From assembly GCA_951406725.2 (NCBI GenBank), contig OX597822.1, forward strand, positions 52,514,001 to 52,578,000: a DNA stretch of 64,000 nucleotides. Reading direction: 5' to 3'. Each line of letters opens with the position of its first letter. The first letter of the stretch is position 1. Positions 1 to 12,179 of this stretch are shown here, piece after piece. The notes beneath the pieces were generated by a model, which ran no database searches, had not been told where the DNA came from, and saw nothing but the letters and a program-made list of their open reading frames with translations. Source of the DNA: Octopus vulgaris (lineage: Eukaryota). A program made the translations under genes and the position numbers.

Positions 1-447
1 AATGAAGGGAAAAGAAGAAAAGAAAAGAAAAGGTTAAAATGTTTTATCATCTCCTTAGATACACGGTAGCTGAAAACAAGTGTTGTGTGTGTGAGAGTCT
101 GTGTGAGCGCGCGTGTGTATGATTACTTCTCATATGTGCCTTTGTAGTTGTACACAGCCAAGTTTAAGTATATATTCATTTAAAGGGTCTCTGATGGAGA
201 ATCTTTGTAATGTCTTGGAAATTTTTACGGTGCCACTTGGATTTGGAGGATGAATGGTCAGTTTCTGTATGGATCGCTGATGTGAATGGAATCGTAATGG
301 AGGACTACATTACTTGACTGCTGTTTCACAATATATATTATAGTGAATGTAAATGATTTAAGTTGTTAGTCACAGTTTTGCACCGAGGTAGCTAAATGAG
401 ACCATCTTTTCAAACAGGTTGTTATAGAAAATAACTTTTATTAAAAA

Positions 448-750
448 CTAGCAGTATCGCCCGGCGTTGCTCGGGTTTGTAAGGGAAATAACTATATAAG
501 CATTTTTAGAGTGTTACTTCCCTCATATAAACCGAGCAAAAATGCATTAAAAATGCGGAAAATGATGGAAATTTTTTTTTTAAATCGTAGACTCATCGTA
601 GACGCGCACTAATACCCAGAAGGGCTCGATATGAATCACGACTATAAGACACCCACTTTTGGTTAAACTGCACCGCAAAATGTGGGAGTAGTTAGGAATC
701 TAAATCGGAGTAGACAGACACACACACAACTTCAGTTTTATATATAAAGA
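448..750 (-). mobile_element. Non-autonomous Helitron (family H1)
   Basis: Minus strand starts TC and ends with hairpin CCCGAGCAACGCCGGG plus CTAG; inserted in an A|T site with no TSD; termini shared with 34976-35369. Confidence 0.75.
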
Positions 751-1074
751 TGTGTTCTTTTATAGTTCCTGACATGTGATTAGCATGCCGCAAAAAAGGA
801 TCTCAAGAGAGATTCTTCAAGCTAAGCCAACCGGCATGAAACCTGAAAGCAGACCAAGAACAAGATGGTTGTATAATATCCAGAGTCGTAGCTTGTCACG
901 CTTGGGAATCCATCAGGAATTTTTAATGACGCCTGTTTCTGATAAACCCCATTAGAGGAGGTACCTGAGAACTCTACCCACCACTCTTCCAGGAATAGTG
1001 GGCGGCAAAATGGATGGATGGAAAAATAGTTCCTGACAGAAGAAAATAATATTGTATACCCCACCGCAGACATT

Positions 1075-2575
1075 TCAAGTTTTGTCACAAGGCGAGCAGT
1101 TTTAAGAGAGAGGTTAAGTTGAATACATCGGCCCCAGTCCTCAACTAGTACTTATTTCATCGACCTCGAGAAGATGAAAGGCAAAGTCGACCTCAGCTGG
1201 TTTCAACTTTGAACGTAGGAAAGCGAAAGAAATACCATTAAGCATATTTCCGATGCGCTTACCGACTCTGCACGTTCTCTACTTAATTATAATAATGATG
1301 ATAATGATTTCAGATTAGGCACAAAGCTAAAAATTGTAGGTGGGGATCAATTATTTCGACTTCAGTACCTGATCTGCACCTTATTTTATCTTTTGGGAAA
1401 AGGTGAAATTTTTCGTCTTTCGCTATAATTCCATTCAGAACCAGGATCCTTTGTAGGGATATCAAACCAACCAGATTTGCGGAAGGCTGAAAGGCGAGGT
1501 GACATCAACGGGGTTTGAAGTCAGAACGGAAGGGACTGCATTCTGACCAATGCTTTCACCACTCTCCCAATCATATCGACCCGAGTATTTAACTAGTACT
1601 TTATTTTATCCGCTAGAGAATAGCTAAGTCATCCACGCTGGAATTTTAAATCAGAACCTAAAGGGACGTGACTAACCCCTGCGAAGTATTTTGTGAATAA
1701 TAATTTCTAATTTAGACACAAGGCCAGCTGTTTTGAGGGAAGGAGAAAGCTGATTACATCGAACACAGCATTTGACTGATACTTTACTTTATCGACCCTG
1801 GAAAGAAGAAAAGAAAAATAGGCCTCGACGAAATTCGAACTCTGAACGAAAGAGCTACTGCAAGGTGCACTAACATTTGTTTCAATCCACTGATCGTATC
1901 AACCAGAACATTTAACTGGTATTTTGTTTAATCTTCTGGAAAAAGTTATCAAGTAAATTCGATAGCAATCAAATGGTAAAGGAACGTAACTAAATATCAC
2001 AAGACATTTTGTTAATAATAATAACAATCATGTTTCAATTTTTGGCACAAGGCCAGCAATTCTGAGAGGCGGTGGCAAGTTGGTTAAATCGCCCCCAGTA
2101 CTCGACTAATACTTTGTTTTATCGACCCTGAAGGTTTAAAAGGCAAATGTGACCTCGGCAGGATTTTTGTTCAGCACGGAAAGAACCGGAAGAAATGCTG
2201 TAAAGCATGCTGCCTGACGTGTTAACAATTGTGTCACACACACCCCGGTCTTCATAATGGTTTCAACTTTTGGTACAAGATCAGCAATTGTGGGAGAGGG
2301 TGCATGTCGATTACATCTACCCCAATATTCAACTGGTACTTATTTCATTGACGCCGGTGGCATTTGATCTCAGAACAAAGTCGGAAAAAATGTCGCTAAC
2401 CATTTTCCCCGGCGCGGTAACGATTCTGCCAGCTCGCCGCCTTTTCTCGATGTCTTAACAATAATAATTCTTTCTGATTTTGGTACAAGGTCAGTAATTT
2501 TGAGGTGCAGGGGTATCTATGACATCTACTCCAGTACTCAACCGGTACTTATTTCATCGACCCCGAAAGAAAGAG
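1075..2575 (-). repeat. Head-to-tail cluster of about 9 degenerate tRNA-SINE family C copies
   Basis: Recurrent GGCACAAGGCC...GGTACTTATTT..ATCGACCCCGAAAGGATGAAAGGCAAAGTCGAC...GAACTCAGAAC units, all in the same orientation. Confidence 0.8.
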
Positions 2576-2577
2576 CT

Positions 2578-2934
2578 AATGAGCACTATGACCCGTGGTA
2601 GTGCATGCATATACAGCTGCGTGCGTGCGCACATACACGCGAGTACTGTCCAAATCGCCAACTAATCACATACAGCGAGCTGACATTCAATTGGCGTATC
2701 AAGTTTCGGGCATTTTGATTGGGTTTTGGATAGAAAATTCACAAAAAAGTCACTTCTATTGATTTTTTAATGGCTTTGCAGGGTGATTGGGGAAATGTAA
2801 AGATGTGCACGACCACCCTTGGACGGTTTTGAATGACCATAGAAAGTGCGAGCCATCTAACTGAAAAATTGTGGATTTGTATAAAGGATACACACACAAA
2901 CACACAGACATTTTGCCGTTTATATATAGAGAGA
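2578..2934 (-). mobile_element. Non-autonomous Helitron (family H2)
   Basis: Reverse complement of 21501-21830; 5' TCTCT(AT)nAAACGGCAAAATG. Confidence 0.65.
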
Positions 2935-3371
2935 TAATCTCCAATCTGCAATCGATAGAAACCAAACAAACTCCTCCACATACATACACACAAAACAGTG
3001 AAACGAACCATAGATAGCGCCTTTATGTTGTGGATCGGCCTGCAAGAAAGAGTAAGCCATTCTTTCAGAAAGTTCCCCCTGTCATCTTCCGAAAGAACAT
3101 AGGGAATATCCTGAATATACCTGGCGACAAAAAAAAAAAAAAAAAAGATGTGATGATCCTAGCTGGAATACCCTTTTATGTTCGTGCCTGTCTGTTTAAT
3201 CAGAGCCGACTTGAGGCGGTGTGGGGCAGTGGAGATGTGTGGATAAACAAAACAACAATAACAACAAAACGGTGACATTAGCTTATTGACTGAACAATCT
3301 AATCAATCCATTACTTAATTCATAACAACTTAATAACACTGTCGTATCTCTTCGCCCTCATATTTCATATA

Positions 3372-3707
3372 TTAATGATTTAGAATCTTTTGGGCAGACA
3401 AGAGAACTTCTTGAGCAGCCAAAAAGGACGGAATTTCACTGAGTTCTTGTTGAACTTTATCATGGAAGGTTTTCAAATCATCGTAAGCCACCTCCAATCT
3501 TTGCATGGTTTGGAATATCATATTTTTCGCCTCACGCATCATGTCTTCTTGTTCGGCAATGTCACGTTCATCTTCGTTCGTTTCTTTCATTTTGTCAAGT
3601 CTCTGCATATCTTGTTTGAGTTCAACTTCGTAGGATGATTTTTCATGGATGAATTGCTGTAAAACACCGGCTTTAACCTCTAATTCCTTTACGATGTCAC
3701 TGTTCAT
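3372..3707 (-). CDS. TBCA: Tubulin-specific chaperone A (TBCA)-like, single exon, divergent
   Basis: Intact 111-aa ORF. It aligns by eye along its whole length with TBCA: ELEVKAGVLQQFIHEKSSYEVE ~ QIKIKTGVVKRLVKEKVMYEKE, and MMREAKNMIFQTMQRLEVAYDDL ~ ILQESRMMIPDCQRRLEAAYLDL. Confidence 0.88.
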   Translation of the reverse strand: MNSDIVKELEVKAGVLQQFIHEKSSYEVELKQDMQRLDKMKETNEDERDIAEQEDMMREAKNMIFQTMQRLEVAYDDLKTFHDKVQQELSEIPSFLAAQEVLLSAQKILNH

Positions 3708-4176
3708 TGTGGGGTATTTATTCTCTTTTTTTTTATCTTTTACAATTATTCTCTTTGTTTCCGCTGTAAAATTTTGAAGTTATTTTTCTGTTTTTTTTTT
3801 CTTATTTTTTGCTTTAGTTATTTGTGGTATATTTTATATTTTCGCTTTTATAATACTAAAGCGCTTTACTGTTTTTTTGTTGTTTTCAAGTTTCTTTGAT
3901 AAATTAGGATCTCTTTAAACAAATGTATTAATAAAATATTTTAAATATTTTATAGTCGAAAGGAAAGCTTACTAACAGCCTGGTTTTAAACTTTTTTTGA
4001 AAACTTAAAACTAGTTTGGCAATGCGGCAGCTTTTCTTTCCAAGTTAGAATGTCCGTCCATTAAGTCTTCCTGGCTTTCTCTCTCTCTCCCTTCCTCTGA
4101 CATACATTCTCTTTCGTCTCTTACTTTCTATCTATCCATTTCTCTTTATATGTATCTCTCTGTCTCTCTCTTTCAC

Positions 4177-4238
4177 GTTGTTAAGGACAACTACTGGCAT
4201 ATGTTTTGGCTTGTTGCTATGACTACTAATTATCCAAT
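4177..4238. promoter_or_regulatory. Two RFX X-box-like motifs plus CCAAT box in the TBCA/LRRC9 divergent interval
   Basis: GTTGTT-AAG-GACAAC (4177-4191) fits GYTRYY-N1-3-RRHRAC; GTTGCT-AT-GACTAC (4213-4226) has 1 mismatch; CCAAT at 4234. Confidence 0.6.
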
Positions 4239-4566
4239 CAAAAGCAGCGATTTCAGTTACTCGTGGCTGTAACTAATTCAAATATATATTCGCTTAACAC
4301 TTGCCGGAAAACTATAAGAAAAACCTGTTTATCACAGCTAATAGTAGTAGTAATAATAATAATAATGGCAGCTCTGGTCAAGGCATGAACGTTGCAACAT
4401 CTTATTTCCCTACGTTTATAAATCCTACTTCAATTCAGTCCGCTGTTATGTAGCGACGTATGGCTTATAGACCTAACGCTTTTAAAATTAATACAATGAA
4501 AGTCACATCATAACTATTTTCTACTACTGTTCTCGCTAATTTACTTTCCTCTCTCTCTCTCTCCCC

Positions 4567-4600
<34 letters not shown>

Positions 4601-5787
4601 GTTTATATATATATATATATATATATATACTTATATATATATATAGCTGTTACAAATCAAGCGACACCATGCTACGTAAGAAATACTTTTATTGTTTATT
4701 GTTGTTGTTTGTATAAAGCATTAGAAGGTAGTTAGGCTAATCTTTGCCTTCCGTACTTCGGGAGTTGGTAACATAAAGTACTAGTCGATTAAATTAATCA
4801 CGGTTCTTCTCTACTTTGTTAAAAGTTGGTAGTGGTGGACATATATTGTTGTTGTTGTTGTTTAAAAAAACTTGTGATACACGGTATTATTTACTTTAAC
4901 TACCACCATATGTACCATGAACCCAGAACCTCGTTATCTGACATGTCTCTTTCTAAAACGGTGAGATGTTTTTGAGGGGTATTTTACTGCTCTTTCTAGT
5001 AGGTCTAGCGACCATATAGTAACTCCCTTGTTGGCTCAACAAGTTATTTATATTTGACATTTGAGGAGAAAATTGTACAAGATGTTGTGTCCCTTTTACA
5101 TTCACAGTCGAAATCTCAGTTGTACCCCCTTTACATTCACAGTTGAAAGCTCACCTATATCTACTTCGGTTTTTACGTTGCTGGGATTGATTATTACTAC
5201 AGCGATTTCATCGACTTTGCCCCTCCGCCCAAAAAATATATGGTCTTGTATTTATGTGAGATAGTATTATGATTATTATAGTCGTCGTTGTTGTTGTTTA
5301 AGCCCTGGTCATTTCTCATCAAGCAAACCGAGAATCAAAAGTCACGACCAGTGTGTCTTTTCCTAACTTAATACCTTACTATTTTTGATACTTCAAAAGA
5401 CCATATAGAGGCAAAGCTCTCCTTGGCAGGATTTCAACTCGGGGTGCAAAGAATCAAAACAAATACCACAAGTATTCCATCTAACGTTCAATGAATTTAT
5501 TATGTATGGTGGAATACCACTGATTCGACAGTTCGATTGACTGTATTAGTGGCTTTTACTTCTTCGATGATAAGAGGAGCTTTGGTGTGGTTGCTTGACC
5601 TGTTGGAATTAACAGTCCAATTTCCCTCAAATTACAATGTGCCATTTTACAAATAAGACTGGAGACTTTGGATGATGTAGTTCTAAATGCACTGTAATTG
5701 AAATAAATATAAAAATGGAGTATCTTTGGTCATAGATCTCCTCAAACATTGTTAACTTCGGCTAAACAGTTACAACTATTATACTCA

Positions 5788-6212
5788 AGGGAGGTAGTGG
5801 GTAGCGATTTTCTTCACTAATTCAGGGAGTGACGACTCTGCCTGACACGAGTCCCGGGCTCATCTGGCTCCTGCTGACAGTACTCGGTATGGGCCCCTAT
5901 CCAGGGTTGCGGAAAGGAAACAACCTTCAAAGAAATCCAGAGTGGAGCCCCGTCGGCGGTTTAATGTTCAACTTGACACTCTTCTGGCAGCTCCTGCAAC
6001 CAAGCTGGTGCCAAACATAATGCTCTGCACTCCTTTGGATTACATCAGCAAGGTCAAGAGAGGAATCCTGACGATTGGGCTGCCCAGGATTTTCTTACAT
6101 CTAGCCCAGGCCTGCGCAAGACTGGACAGGACATGAAATGTAAAAACCAGACTGGATTAGTTTATGTGCAACTCCATTGTCTCCCGAGACAAAAGGATGC
6201 CAACAACAACAA
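5788..6212 (+). mobile_element. GC-rich non-autonomous retroelement-like insert with (CAA)n tail
   Basis: Compositional island, microsatellite tail, imperfect TCAAGG(G/A)AG flanks. Confidence 0.4.
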
Positions 6213-6394
6213 TTCAAGGAAGGGTGAAAATAGGAATCGACTTTGACAGAAGTTTCATTCAGAATATTTTAAATACACATTGTGATTAAATACCAAAACA
6301 TATTTGGTTCTCTTCTCTGCCATTCTATCTTTTGTCTTGTAGAGTTCCAAAGGTAACTGAATACCTCTGATAGTTTCATACTATCTGACAAATA

Positions 6395-6439
6395 ATGGAC
6401 ACGAAGAATTACAAAGAGGAGCATCAACTTGAGGAGGTG
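6395..6439 (+). CDS. LRRC9: LRRC9 coding exon 1 (MDTKNYKEEHQLEEV)
   Basis: ATG at 6395, donor GTAAGA at 6440, phase 0 into CTANGLSY. An upstream acceptor ttttgtcttgtag ending at 6342 suggests a non-coding first exon. Confidence 0.75.
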
Positions 6440-6490
6440 GTAAGAAATTCTTGTGTTACCAGTTTCTGTTATCTGTGTGTATGTGTGTGA

Positions 6491-6770
6491 AGGGCCAGCA
6501 CTAGGAAGCGGGACCCAATTAGAGAATTGTCAGTGGGGCCCTTTACTCTACAAAAGCTGAAGATTGCTGTTTTATGCTTCATGTCATACACCAGTCTCAG
6601 CCAAAAAGCGTTGAGGGCTTGAGGCTCCACCATTAGCCACAATGATAGGCTAAAAATTCATCACAGCATCCTCCAAGCTTGTGCGTGAAGCCCCCTCTTA
6701 ACACAGGGCCCTCTCTTGGCACAGTGCCTAGTTTGAACAGATCTGTCTAATTGACTTAAAGTCAGCCCTG
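6491..6770. mobile_element. hAT-like MITE (degenerate)
   Basis: AGGGCCAGC...GTCAGCCCTG termini inside a (TG)n tract. Confidence 0.35.
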
Positions 6771-7364
6771 CGTGTGTGCATATATATATGTGGTTAGTTA
6801 ATGGTTTCATATATGAGATTAAATGTACATGTATGTATATTTTTCTTGCCATCTTTTTAGGAATATGGATTTACTAGGAGGAGCGGATTCCCTATCCCCT
6901 CACTCCTGCTCCTTTTAGTCGCCTTTTACACCATGCAGGAATGCCTGATGTGTCTTGTGGCCACCCCCTCCTACAAAAAAACAAATGGGGAATAAGCCTG
7001 GGTATATATATTTTTTTTCTTTTTTTCTTCTCTCTAGTTTCAGCTCAGAGCTGCGGCCATGCTGATGCATTTATTGTTCATCAACCTTATCATTCCATCA
7101 CCGTGTGGCTCCCACCAATCCCCACTGAGCCAACAAATTATCTCTCCTCCTCCTCCTCACATCTCTCACTCTCCTCATGCACTATTCCCACTTCTTGCAC
7201 TATGCAAGTAATGGAAAAAAATGAACATTAAAAGAACAATGATGACGAATCAAATATTTTGTTCGCATCCCACTTCATTCCACCCAATATATAAATTGAA
7301 ACTTGTGTGTGTGTACATGTGATTTTAAAAAAGTATTAACCCATGAACATTCAGACTATTATAG

Positions 7365-7793
7365 CCTACGTATGCATACCTTCCCTTCTTGGGACACAAA
7401 ACTCTACTTGTGAAGACCTGTTGAGGCTAGTGAGGATCAGAATCGAAATCGATCAATGGAAATTGCAGATGAGTTACCAGTGCCGGTGGCATGTAAGAGA
7501 ACCATCCGTTCGTGACCGTTGCCAGCGCCACACCGACTGGCCTCGTGCCGGTGGCACGTAAAAAGCACCATCTGTTCGTGGCCGTTAGCCAGCTCTATCT
7601 GGCACCTGTGCGGGTGGCACGTAAAAAGCACCCACTACACTCACGGAGTGGTTGGCGTTAGGAAGGGCATCCAGCCGTAGAAACACTGCCAGATCTGAAT
7701 GGGCCTGATGAAGCTTTCCGGCTTCACAGACCCCAGTTGAACCGTCCAACCCATGCTAGCATGGAAAACGGACGCTAAACGATGATGATGATT
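7365..7793 (+). mobile_element. RTE LINE 3' end (family A) with (GAT)n tail
   Basis: GGTTGGCGTTAGGAAGGGCATCC...CCCATGCTAGCATGGAAA..GACG.TAAAC(GAT)n; more than 20 copies in the window. Confidence 0.8.
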
Positions 7794-7856
7794 CATTCAA
7801 ATTGTTTTGAATTAATCATGCATTATCTTATTGCTTCAAGATATCAGTGATGTGAT

Positions 7857-8070
7857 TACTCTTTACTCTCTTTTACTCTTGTTTCAGTCATTTGACTGTG
7901 GCCATGCTGGAGCACCGCCTTTAGTCGAGCTAATCGACCTCAGGACTAATTCTTTGTAAGCCTAGTACTTATTCTATCGGTCTCTTTTGCCGAACTGCTA
8001 AGTTACAGGGACGTAAGCACACCAGCATCGGTTGTCAAGCGATGTTGGGGGGACAAACACAGACACACAA

Positions 8071-8103
<33 letters not shown>

Positions 8104-8518
8104 CTCTTTTTTTACTCTTTTACTTGTTTCAGTCATTTGACTGCGGCCATGCTGGAGCACCGCCTTTAGTCGAGCGAATCCACCCTGGGACTTATTCTTT
8201 GTAAGCCCAGTACTTATTCTATCGGTCTCTTTTGCCAAACCACTAAGTGACGGGGACGTAAACACACCAGCATCGGTTGTCAAATAATGCTAGGGGGACA
8301 AACACAGACACACAAACATATACACACACATATATATATACATATACATATATACGACAAGCTTCTTTCAGTTTCCGTCTACCAAATCCACTCACAAGAC
8401 TTTGGTCGGCCTGAGGCTATAGTAAAAGACACTTGCCCAAGGTGCCACGCAGTGGGACTGAACCCGGAACCATGTGGTTGGTAAGCAAGCTACTTACCAC
8501 ACAGCCACTCCTGCACCT
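7857..8518 (-). mobile_element. tRNA-derived SINE family B, partial plus full tandem copies
   Basis: A box TGGCTGTGTGG, B box GGTTCAGTCCC, internal (TA)/(TG) microsatellite, LINE-like tail. Confidence 0.85.
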
Positions 8519-8730
8519 GATTGTTTATTTTTAGAATGACATTGCAGGATAGGTGTGAGAGGCCAGATCTGGCTGGTTTGGACGTAAAGAGATTGAATAT
8601 TTTAGCTGGATATTACCAGTTTGAATGCTAAAGGGTTAAATATATTTAACAGTTTTCTCATCTCTCTCTTTTTCTTTATACGTTTTTTCTATCTCTCTAT
8701 CCTTCCCACGTATGTATGGGTTTTTTTCAG

Positions 8731-8949
8731 TGCACTGCCAATGGATTGTCATATGCAAATGTCAGGGAAGAAGGAAAATACGTACATGAGCTGGAGATGT
8801 TTTTCTCGGGTTTGACAAACATTCAAGGATTTCACCATTTCCCGAACCTTCAACGACTGGTCATCATACAGCAATGCATTGATTGCACACATGGACTACG
8901 TCAACTGCCCAACCTGCAAGAGCTTTGGATGTGTCAGTGTGGATTAAAA
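8731..8949 (+). CDS. LRRC9: LRRC9 exon 2 (CTANGLSY...ELWMCQCGLK)
   Basis: tttttttcag acceptor, gtaagt donor, 73 codons, LRR motifs. Confidence 0.95.
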
Positions 8950-10164
8950 GTAAGTGACATCTCGTTTAGCCACTCTGACTCTGCCTAAAAGAAGTTCTTG
9001 CTCTGTAAACTGTTTTCACTTCTTTCACTGCAAAGGAACAGTAACAATGGGTGCAGAAATCTCTGTAAAATTATCATCATCATCATCATACGTCCATTTT
9101 CCATGCTGGCATGGGTTAGATTAGTGCTACTCAAAGTGGTGGTCCACAGACTGGTGCCAGTATGCGGCAAGTTTCCAGAAAAGAAACATTATAAAATGCT
9201 TATAAAATGTTTATGTAATATTGTACTAAAAAAAAAAAAACACGATTTTCCGTGACCGTTGCCAGTACCACCTGACTGGCCCCTTGTGCCGGTGGCATGT
9301 AAAAGCACCCACTACACTCTCAGAGTGGTTGGTGTTAGGAAGGTCATCCAGCTGTAGAAACTCTGCCAAATCAAGATTTGGAGCCTGGTGCAGCCATCTG
9401 GTTCGCCAGTCCTTGGTCAAATCGTCCAACCCATGCTAGCATGGAAAGCAGACATTACACGACGACGATGATGATGGTGATGATTTGTTTACAAAATAAA
9501 TATGCGATAAAAAAGTTGTCAACTTTTATTATATTTAATCATCATCATCATCATCATCATCGTTTAACGAACGTTAAACGATGATGATGATGATGATGAT
9601 TATATATATTGCTTCCAGTATAAATTAATATTACTAAGAAATATTACCATTCTCTGGCACATTGGAAAAAAGAAACTGCCAGTACGCCACATCAGATAGT
9701 TTGAGAAGCACTGGGTGAGATGATTTAACTGGCGATTGTAAGCCAGAGAGCTGCACCAGGCCCCAGTCAGTTTTGGCTTGGTTTCTATGGCTGGATGCGC
9801 TTCCTAGTGCCAACCACTCCACAGAGTGTACCAGGTGCCTTTTACATATCATCAGCACAGGTGCCTTTAATATGTCACTGGTATGTGAGCCTTTTACGTG
9901 TCACCAGCATGGGTACCTCTCACATGTCACTGGCACAGGTGCCTTTCACATGTCACTGGCACAGATGCCTTTATTGATTGATTTCTGCAGTGATGCTTTA
10001 CATCATATTGAAAGAGTGGGAGAGTGAACATGAAATACAGAAAAAGTAGATATAAGAGGTGCTGCATAAGTACACATACTAGGCTTGGTGACTGAAAGAG
10101 AGTAAAGGGATACTATACATGTACATACACAGATGCACTTTAACACACAGTGAAAGAGAAAATA

Positions 10165-10246
<82 letters not shown>

Positions 10247-11982
10247 CTATTTCTGCTTCTCTATTTCTCTGTTACATCATTCGACACTGGATCACCTCTT
10301 CAAATGCCCCCTCTGTTATGGCAAGACACCTGCTTCTGTCTCTTTGTCATACTCTAACCATTCATCCTCTAACACAAGTTCCCCATCTCAAATGCCCCTG
10401 CCCCTCTCATAATTCCTTCTCATACTAGTTACTTGGCTACCATGCCACTGCTGGTTCCACATTAAAAGCATCCAGTCCACACTATAACGTGGTTGGCATT
10501 TGGAAGGGCATCTAGCTGTAAAAATCATGCCAAAACTAACCTCGCTTGTGCTAGTACCACGTAAAAAGCACTGAGTTCAATGAGTTCAATCCGTGGAGTG
10601 GTTGGTGTTAGGAAGGGCATCCAGCCATAAAATTCCTGCCGAAACTGACACAGTAGCCTGGGGTAGTTTTTCTGGCTCCTGTCAACCGTCCTACCCATGC
10701 ATGGAAGATGAACATTAAACGAAGAGGGAATAAATGACTGTTCATTAGAGAAGTTGTAACAAATGATGTATTACACTGGTAGTGAAGGCGTATGGCTTAG
10801 TGATTAAGGTATTCGGCTCACAATTGCAAGATTGTGAGTTCAATTTCCAGTGACGCATTGTGTTCTTGAGCAAGATACTTTATTTCATGTTGCTGGCAAA
10901 ACTGAGTAGTACCTGTATTTCAAAGTTGTGGAAGCTTCATTAAACAGGTACATAATAACTTGTAGGAATGATCTTGATTCCATGCTGTTACCTATAATGA
11001 AATCAAGCCTGTTCAACATTTTTGATGAAATCATTTATTTACACAAAAAATATACAGAGGTTTTTGTCAAGAGTAAATTATGCCAGAAGTCTTGGTAAAT
11101 ATCTATCACGAGCAAAACGCCCCCACCTCCACCTCACCCCCATCCAATGGACAGTGCTGAGTTGTCAAACATTTAATCCAAATTTTCTCAAAACAACTTG
11201 TCCGTTTTCTTTTCATTAAAAAATAATTAAGCATGCCTTTATTTCAATAAAATATTTGGTTTTGTTAAACAAAGTTAAGGCAAAAAAAAAAACTTCTTGA
11301 GAAACCAAATCGTCTTTCCTTCCTTCATACCAAGTTTGAAGAAAATGTCTCTTTTGCATCTTATGTTTTTGATCTCTTAAATATACTGCATTTTGTGGCA
11401 TTATTTCAAGCCAGCCGGCTTTTTTTGCGCAAACTGCACATGCATTTTTCTCACGTATGCATAGTATCAATCACAACAGCTGATGTATTTGCGCATACAA
11501 ATGCACGTTCCCACGGCTTTATCGATCGCATTCTCACCTGGAATCGATTTTCGTAATTTTTTCAAGACTTATACACGCCCTGATACCATTGGTATCTACA
11601 TAACAAATTTGAGCACAATCGGATGGAGGATGCCCAAGATCCTAGAAGACACACAAACAGACAGACAGATCGGATTTTATATAATAGATTAGAGATATGA
11701 CTGCATGCTTACAAAAAATGTAACTATATCTTAATGTTGTGAGACTGAGGAAAATTCCATGTTCATTGTAGACAAACAATTTCTTTTAATCAGGGGTCAG
11801 CAGATCTTTGTTGCATCTGCCTGATTGTGGCATGCATCTCAATTCATAGCCCTGTTCTGGTGAGAAACTCATGGAAATTTCCATTCACATACAATTGAAC
11901 AATTGTAGCTGAAATACTATTAGCTGACAATCAGCCCAAGATCGCCTGATATACTGTGGCCTATTTCTTGTCACTGAGCTAA

Positions 11983-12147
11983 CAGACACAGGAGTGGCTG
12001 TGTGGTAAGTAGCTTGCTTACCAACCACATGGTTCTGGGTTCAGTTCCACTACGTGGCACCTTGGGCAAGTGTCTTCTATTATAGCCTCGGGCCAACCAA
12101 AGCCTTGTGAGTGGATCTGGTTGACGGAAACTGAAAGAAGCCCGTCG

Positions 12148-12179
<32 letters not shown>

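Larger units (their letters stand above)
7340..8635. mobile_element. piggyBac-like MITE with nested RTE tail and two SINEs
   Basis: TTAA|CCCATGAACATTCA ... TGAATGCTAAAGGG|TTAA; interior matches 56420-56600. Confidence 0.65.

Noticed and set aside
3129-3147. Poly(A) run as a retrogene tail for TBCA
   Set aside because: Wrong strand: it is poly(T) on the TBCA sense strand, so it gives no support for retroposition
3390-3638. 82-aa plus-strand ORF
   Set aside because: Antisense shadow of the TBCA ORF
11985-12060. tRNA-like A/B boxes
   Set aside because: SINE heads with no complete cloverleaf; they continue into the SINE body
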